Part shown: in pieces, positions 6,849-10,811 of the stretch
Position numbering within the stretch: position 1 is the first letter of the stretch
Layout: each line of letters begins with the position of its first letter
Source of the DNA: an uncultured archaeon
GTDB lineage: Archaea > Asgardarchaeota > Lokiarchaeia > Sigyniarchaeales > SOKP01
NCBI GenBank assembly: GCA_964493715.1
Contig: CAZBPC010000103.1
Coordinates: 1-10,811, forward strand
Direction of reading: 5' to 3'
Length of the DNA stretch: 10,811 nt
Notes under the pieces: model-generated
What the model was told of the DNA's origin: nothing
Database searches by the model: none
Seen by the model: only the letters and a program-made list of their open reading frames with translations
Program-made: the position numbers and the translations under genes

Positions 6849-6956
6849 ATTAATTCATATATTGATTTTTAAGGGATAAGATCAATAGGTTTAAACAATA
6901 AATTACTTTAACTAAAAATCCAATGTATATTAATAAAAAGGAGAACATTTCACAAT
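6849..6956. promoter_or_regulatory. Divergent promoter region with a TATA-like box (TATATTAA, 6926-6933), SD-like AGGAGA (6939-6944) and dyad TATTGAT-N14-ATCAATA (6860-6887)
   Basis: 108-bp gap between divergent starts. The TATA-like box lies 24-31 bp upstream of ATG 6957. The 7-bp inverted arms are seen directly. Confidence 0.45.
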
Positions 6957-8957
6957 ATGGAAATAGACACTTTTTTAGATTTATCTAAAGGATCATTCCC
7001 AATCATTATAAAACCAAACTTAGGGCAACCTACATTAATTAACCTTAATGATGATCTTACTTCTCATGGAGAAAAAAAAATCACATTTAGTACCTTAGTT
7101 GTGGCAATGAAATCGCATTCCATCGAGCGTATTTTAGAACAATTTCATTCTAATTTATATATTCAACCTATTTTAAAAGAACAAGGTAATTTCTCAGAAA
7201 GAAGAGGTGAGAAATACCCAATAAGAGCTGTTGAAATAAAAAAAATTGAGAAACATGAGGTAGAAGATCAACAATTATTAACTGAAGAAAATTGTGTTTT
7301 AATGGATATTTTTAAAACAGCTTTAGACCTTAAGGGTATTTATGGAAAGAGAAATGCTCTTTTTGAGATTATATATGAAATTCCATATCCAATAATTAAT
7401 AATATTATCCAAATTTTAAATAAATCAAATAGAAAAGTCATTTTATTCGATATTGTTCATGATATTCCAAATATGAGCGAATCTAAAATTAATTATCATA
7501 GTTTGGCAGTGTTCAATAAAGATTGGGCAAATTTCAAGTTTATATATGCCACAGACCTTCATATTGCACGAAGAAATGACTTTATTGTCCATTTTATTAG
7601 AGAAAAGAAAAGAAATGAAATAGATCGATGCAAAAATAATGAAACAAAAATCCAAAAAGTCGATAAATTTGTTTTAGATCGTGATTTTGAATTTAAGGAG
7701 GAATTTCAAGACGACAGATATGAGCATCTAAGATATGCGAAATTTAATTTTAACTATCAACTAAGGAAATTAATTAATTTTGTCAATCAAAAAGTTTTAA
7801 ACGATGAATGTGATTTTGTGATTTTATCTGGTGACCTTGTAGATTATGTAAAGATTGCAAAAGGTAATAAATCATATAAGAATAATTTCGAAGTTTTTGT
7901 TGATATTATTCTTGGGCTTAATAAAGGATTGACAAAGCCACCATTTTTGGGAAATGATGAAGAGTTTATTAATAAAAATGAAATTCTTGTCCCTATTTTT
8001 ACTTTAGCAGGAAATCACGACTACCATTTGGGTCATTATGGCTTAAGATTTTGGGGTTTTCATAAAAAATTTGGAATGACTCGCTCAGATATAAGCGGAT
8101 ATGATGATATCAAACTTTCTGATTATTTCATTGGATTTTATTCCAAAGATAAAACCCTTAAAGATTATTTTAGATATGTTAATCCAAATCTGAATTATAA
8201 AATTAAAATAGGAGATTATTTCAATTTTATATTTTTAGATACCGGTCATGATTCTATTGCTGACATACATGATTTATTGAAAGGAGGGCCTAGCACAAAA
8301 GGATTTAAAAATTATCAAATAGATCTCTTAAGATCATATATCCAATTATCTCATGATGAAAAAATCATCATTATAATGCATGCTCCACCAATTTCACCCA
8401 ATATCAGTTCTCATAAAAAAAAGACTTTCAAGAAGAAATTTAAAATAAAAAATAGAGCAATTGAATGGTCTGACTTTTACGAAGAAAATTTAAAAATATT
8501 TAATAATACGGGAAGGGTGGATCAATTTTTAAATTTCAAATATCAAACGGTCATGTATAATTGGAGTACGATTATGAAAATTTTTACGGGCTCGGATAAG
8601 ATCATTAATAGAAAAGTAGACATGGTTCTTTGTGGTCATACCCACATGTTAAAAGAATATAGATTAAAGGAAACTAAAGAAAATGAGATGATAAATTATG
8701 GATTTTGGTTGTTTCCTTTTTATATTACAGTTCCTTGCGAAATCTACGCTTCCCAATATCGAGAGAAATTTAAAGAAATTAAAGATCCTCTTGAACTAAA
8801 GGTTTGGTTCGATGTTAATAAACCTTTTATCTTCCAGACCCAAGCTCTTGGACCTCTTTCTTCACAATCTGAATTTAAATCACCCGGATTTCGTTATATC
8901 TCTATTTCAGACAATCATATACGTAACGTAGATGTTTACTCATTACATTTGAATTAA
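6957..8957 (+). CDS. Calcineurin-like metallophosphoesterase, 666 aa, with a ~190-aa N-terminal domain and large insertions
   Basis: All five motifs are intact and in order: D200-L-H202, G292-D-L-V-D296, G352-N-H-D, H475 (IIMHAPP), G560-H-T-H. Also FIFLDTG. No signal peptide or TM segment evident. Confidence 0.92.
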   Translation: MEIDTFLDLSKGSFPIIIKPNLGQPTLINLNDDLTSHGEKKITFSTLVVAMKSHSIERILEQFHSNLYIQPILKEQGNFSERRGEKYPIRAVEIKKIEKHEVEDQQLLTEENCVLMDIFKTALDLKGIYGKRNALFEIIYEIPYPIINNIIQILNKSNRKVILFDIVHDIPNMSESKINYHSLAVFNKDWANFKFIYATDLHIARRNDFIVHFIREKKRNEIDRCKNNETKIQKVDKFVLDRDFEFKEEFQDDRYEHLRYAKFNFNYQLRKLINFVNQKVLNDECDFVILSGDLVDYVKIAKGNKSYKNNFEVFVDIILGLNKGLTKPPFLGNDEEFINKNEILVPIFTLAGNHDYHLGHYGLRFWGFHKKFGMTRSDISGYDDIKLSDYFIGFYSKDKTLKDYFRYVNPNLNYKIKIGDYFNFIFLDTGHDSIADIHDLLKGGPSTKGFKNYQIDLLRSYIQLSHDEKIIIIMHAPPISPNISSHKKKTFKKKFKIKNRAIEWSDFYEENLKIFNNTGRVDQFLNFKYQTVMYNWSTIMKIFTGSDKIINRKVDMVLCGHTHMLKEYRLKETKENEMINYGFWLFPFYITVPCEIYASQYREKFKEIKDPLELKVWFDVNKPFIFQTQALGPLSSQSEFKSPGFRYISISDNHIRNVDVYSLHLN

Positions 8958-9907
8958 TCAATTAATTCAAAAATTTGTTCAATAGAAGTATCTGGCATTG
9001 GTCCAAAATGTGTTACTTTTAAGGCTCCTGCAGCATTCGCAAATTCTAACGTTCTTTTTAAATCCCATCCTTGGAGATAGCCTATGATGAAAGCACCTCC
9101 AAAAGAATCTCCCGCTCCAGTTGGATCTATTTGATTGACAATGAACGCGGGAACATGAATTTCTTTCTGATCTTCAGTAAATACTGAAGCACCTCCTTTT
9201 CCTTGTTTTAATACCACAATACTAGGGTTGTTCTCCAATAACTTTAGGCAAGCGGCTTTTTCACCTTTTATGCCTGCCAACATCTCAGCTTCTTCTCCAC
9301 TGGGTAATAAAATGTTAGCTTCATCTAATACTGGTTTAGAAATTTCCAGTATGGTCTTAATATCGAGCATTTCAGACCTAAGGTTCGGATCAAATGAAAT
9401 AATTGCTTTTGGATTTACTTTGCGAGTAATATTAATAGCTTTATAACAAGCTTTTCTCGAAGATTCGCTTATTGAAAGAGAACTACCCATAATATGGAGA
9501 TTTTTAATATTTGAAAAATATTCTTCATTTACATCATCTGGACATATAACTCCTGCAGCTCCAGCTGCAAAAATAAATTTGCGGGAGCCATCACTATTAG
9601 ACTGATTGAAGGCAATTCCAGTGGTTATACTACTGGAAATTCTTATCTGAGAAACATCCACTCCATCTTTTTCTAATTTTGAAACAATACAATCACCAAA
9701 CTCGTCTAATCCTCTCACTCCAATACAACCAGTACTTAAATTGAATGGTTTGGCCATTCGAGCTGCAGAATCTATAAAAATAGCAGGAGCACCACTAGGA
9801 AACGGTCCGCGATATAGTTTTGCAGGAGAACCATGAGGAACATCTACTTCGGCTCTCATTATTTCTACAAGTAATTCTCCCAAACTAATAATCTCTGGAT
9901 TTATCAT
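8954..9907 (-). CDS. PfkB/ribokinase-family sugar kinase
   Basis: Motifs GELLVEI, GPFPSGAPAIF, G.DEFG, GVDVS, SFDPNLR, VVLKQGKGGA, DPTGAGDSFGGAF (PfkB signature 2) and ANAAGA. Its stop overlaps the convergent gene's stop over 4 bp (TTAA). Confidence 0.95.
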   Translation of the reverse strand: MINPEIISLGELLVEIMRAEVDVPHGSPAKLYRGPFPSGAPAIFIDSAARMAKPFNLSTGCIGVRGLDEFGDCIVSKLEKDGVDVSQIRISSSITTGIAFNQSNSDGSRKFIFAAGAAGVICPDDVNEEYFSNIKNLHIMGSSLSISESSRKACYKAINITRKVNPKAIISFDPNLRSEMLDIKTILEISKPVLDEANILLPSGEEAEMLAGIKGEKAACLKLLENNPSIVVLKQGKGGASVFTEDQKEIHVPAFIVNQIDPTGAGDSFGGAFIIGYLQGWDLKRTLEFANAAGALKVTHFGPMPDTSIEQIFELID

Positions 9908-10193
9908 TTTATTATGTTAACTATTTTTAATGAATTTTATTAATGATTAGCAAATAAAATGAATTTTGAATTATGAAGAGTATCTAATTATGATAATAAG
10001 ATACGAAGAGGAAATAACTATCATAATTTTTAAAGTCCTTTACGTTAAAATTATATTTGGTTTCTTTTAGATAGATTGCAATTGTTTCAGTCTTTGTATA
10101 TAAACTAAATTAATCTTTAAATTCAATAATACGATTACTAATATAATAAACAAATTTATTATCATATAAATTAGGGTAAATAGGTAAAAGAAA

Positions 10194-10811
10194 GTGGTTT
10201 TAGAAACTAACATAACAAGAATGTTTAATATAAAACATCCAATCGTTGCTGCTCCCATGGGTCCATTCTACACCACAGAACTCACTGTTGCTGTTTCTGA
10301 AGCAGGAGGACTAGGTGTATTAAGTCATACCAATATGTTTGGAAGGAGCAGTTTGTCTGAAATGAAGAAAAATATGGAATATGTAGTTGAATATACTGAT
10401 AAACCATTTGGTTTCAATATCAGAACTTCTAGATTACAAGTAGATGCCCCCTCATTATGTCGAGCAATACCAAGATTCATTCGAGACAATCCCAAATTGA
10501 GAGAACAATGCGTGTATGTAGTCACGAGTGCTGGGACACCCAAAATGATTCAAACTAATTCATTCCAAAAGTTAAAGGAAAGCGGTTCACAAATCAAGCA
10601 CTTTCATGTCGCACCTTCATTATGGTTAGCTGAAAAATGTCAAGCTGCGGGAGTGGATGGAATGGTCGTTACTGGATGGGAAGGAGGAGGTCATCAGTCA
10701 TATGAGAAGATAAGCACTCTTGTCTTAATACAGCAAGTAAGAAAAAACTTCTTTGAAGCACCACTTATTGCTTGTGGAGGTTTTGCAACAGGAGAAGGAT
10801 TAGCCGCAGCT
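10194..10811 (+). CDS. Nitronate monooxygenase / FabK-like (2-nitropropane dioxygenase family) FMN oxidoreductase, 3'-truncated by the window edge
   Basis: Translated by hand from GTG 10194, with an in-frame TAA upstream at 10185-10187: MVLETNITRMFNIKHPIVAAPMGP...AVSEAGGLGVL...TDKPFGFNI...VTSAGTP...AGVDGMVVTGWEGGGH...PLIACGGFATGEGLAAA. 206 codons open to the edge, so it is absent from the ORF track. Confidence 0.93.
   Translation, partial: MVLETNITRMFNIKHPIVAAPMGPFYTTELTVAVSEAGGLGVLSHTNMFGRSSLSEMKKNMEYVVEYTDKPFGFNIRTSRLQVDAPSLCRAIPRFIRDNPKLREQCVYVVTSAGTPKMIQTNSFQKLKESGSQIKHFHVAPSLWLAEKCQAAGVDGMVVTGWEGGGHQSYEKISTLVLIQQVRKNFFEAPLIACGGFATGEGLAAA

Noticed and set aside
6403-7655. ORFs 6403-6675 (+) and 7443-7655 (-)
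   Set aside because: Fully antisense within well-supported longer genes.
8954-8957. 4-bp TTAA overlap of convergent stop codons
   Set aside because: Real, but common in compact AT-rich genomes.
10143-10162. ATAATAAA-N4-TTTATTAT dyad upstream of the NMO gene
   Set aside because: Arms are entirely A/T in very AT-rich DNA, so it is expected by chance.
9228-10543. ORFs 9228-9446 (+), 10067-10258 (-) and 10325-10543 (-)
   Set aside because: Antisense to the PfkB or NMO genes. The hydrophobic 63-aa ORF overlaps the NMO start and otherwise reflects AT-rich intergenic DNA.

Overview
AT-rich prokaryotic chromosomal segment. The compact intergenic regions, TATA-like boxes and protein style suggest an archaeon, possibly Asgard/Lokiarchaeia, but that is inference only. 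It holds seven complete genes and one that runs off the right edge: a small hypothetical protein (+); a probable minus-strand operon of a long coiled-coil protein with a C-terminal two-helix membrane anchor, an atypical APC-family permease with about four extra TM segments, and a PHP phosphoesterase; a 567-bp non-coding gap with several inverted repeats; a fusion of an apparently metal-ligand-less Amidohydro_2-type barrel with a YjbQ/UPF0047 domain (-); a divergent large calcineurin-like metallophosphoesterase (+); a PfkB sugar kinase (-); and the 5' part of a nitronate monooxygenase/FabK-family flavoenzyme (+) missing from the ORF track. I saw no rRNA, tRNA, CRISPR array or transposase. The most unusual items are the pseudo-amidohydrolase-YjbQ fusion and the coiled-coil/degenerate-APC/PHP operon.
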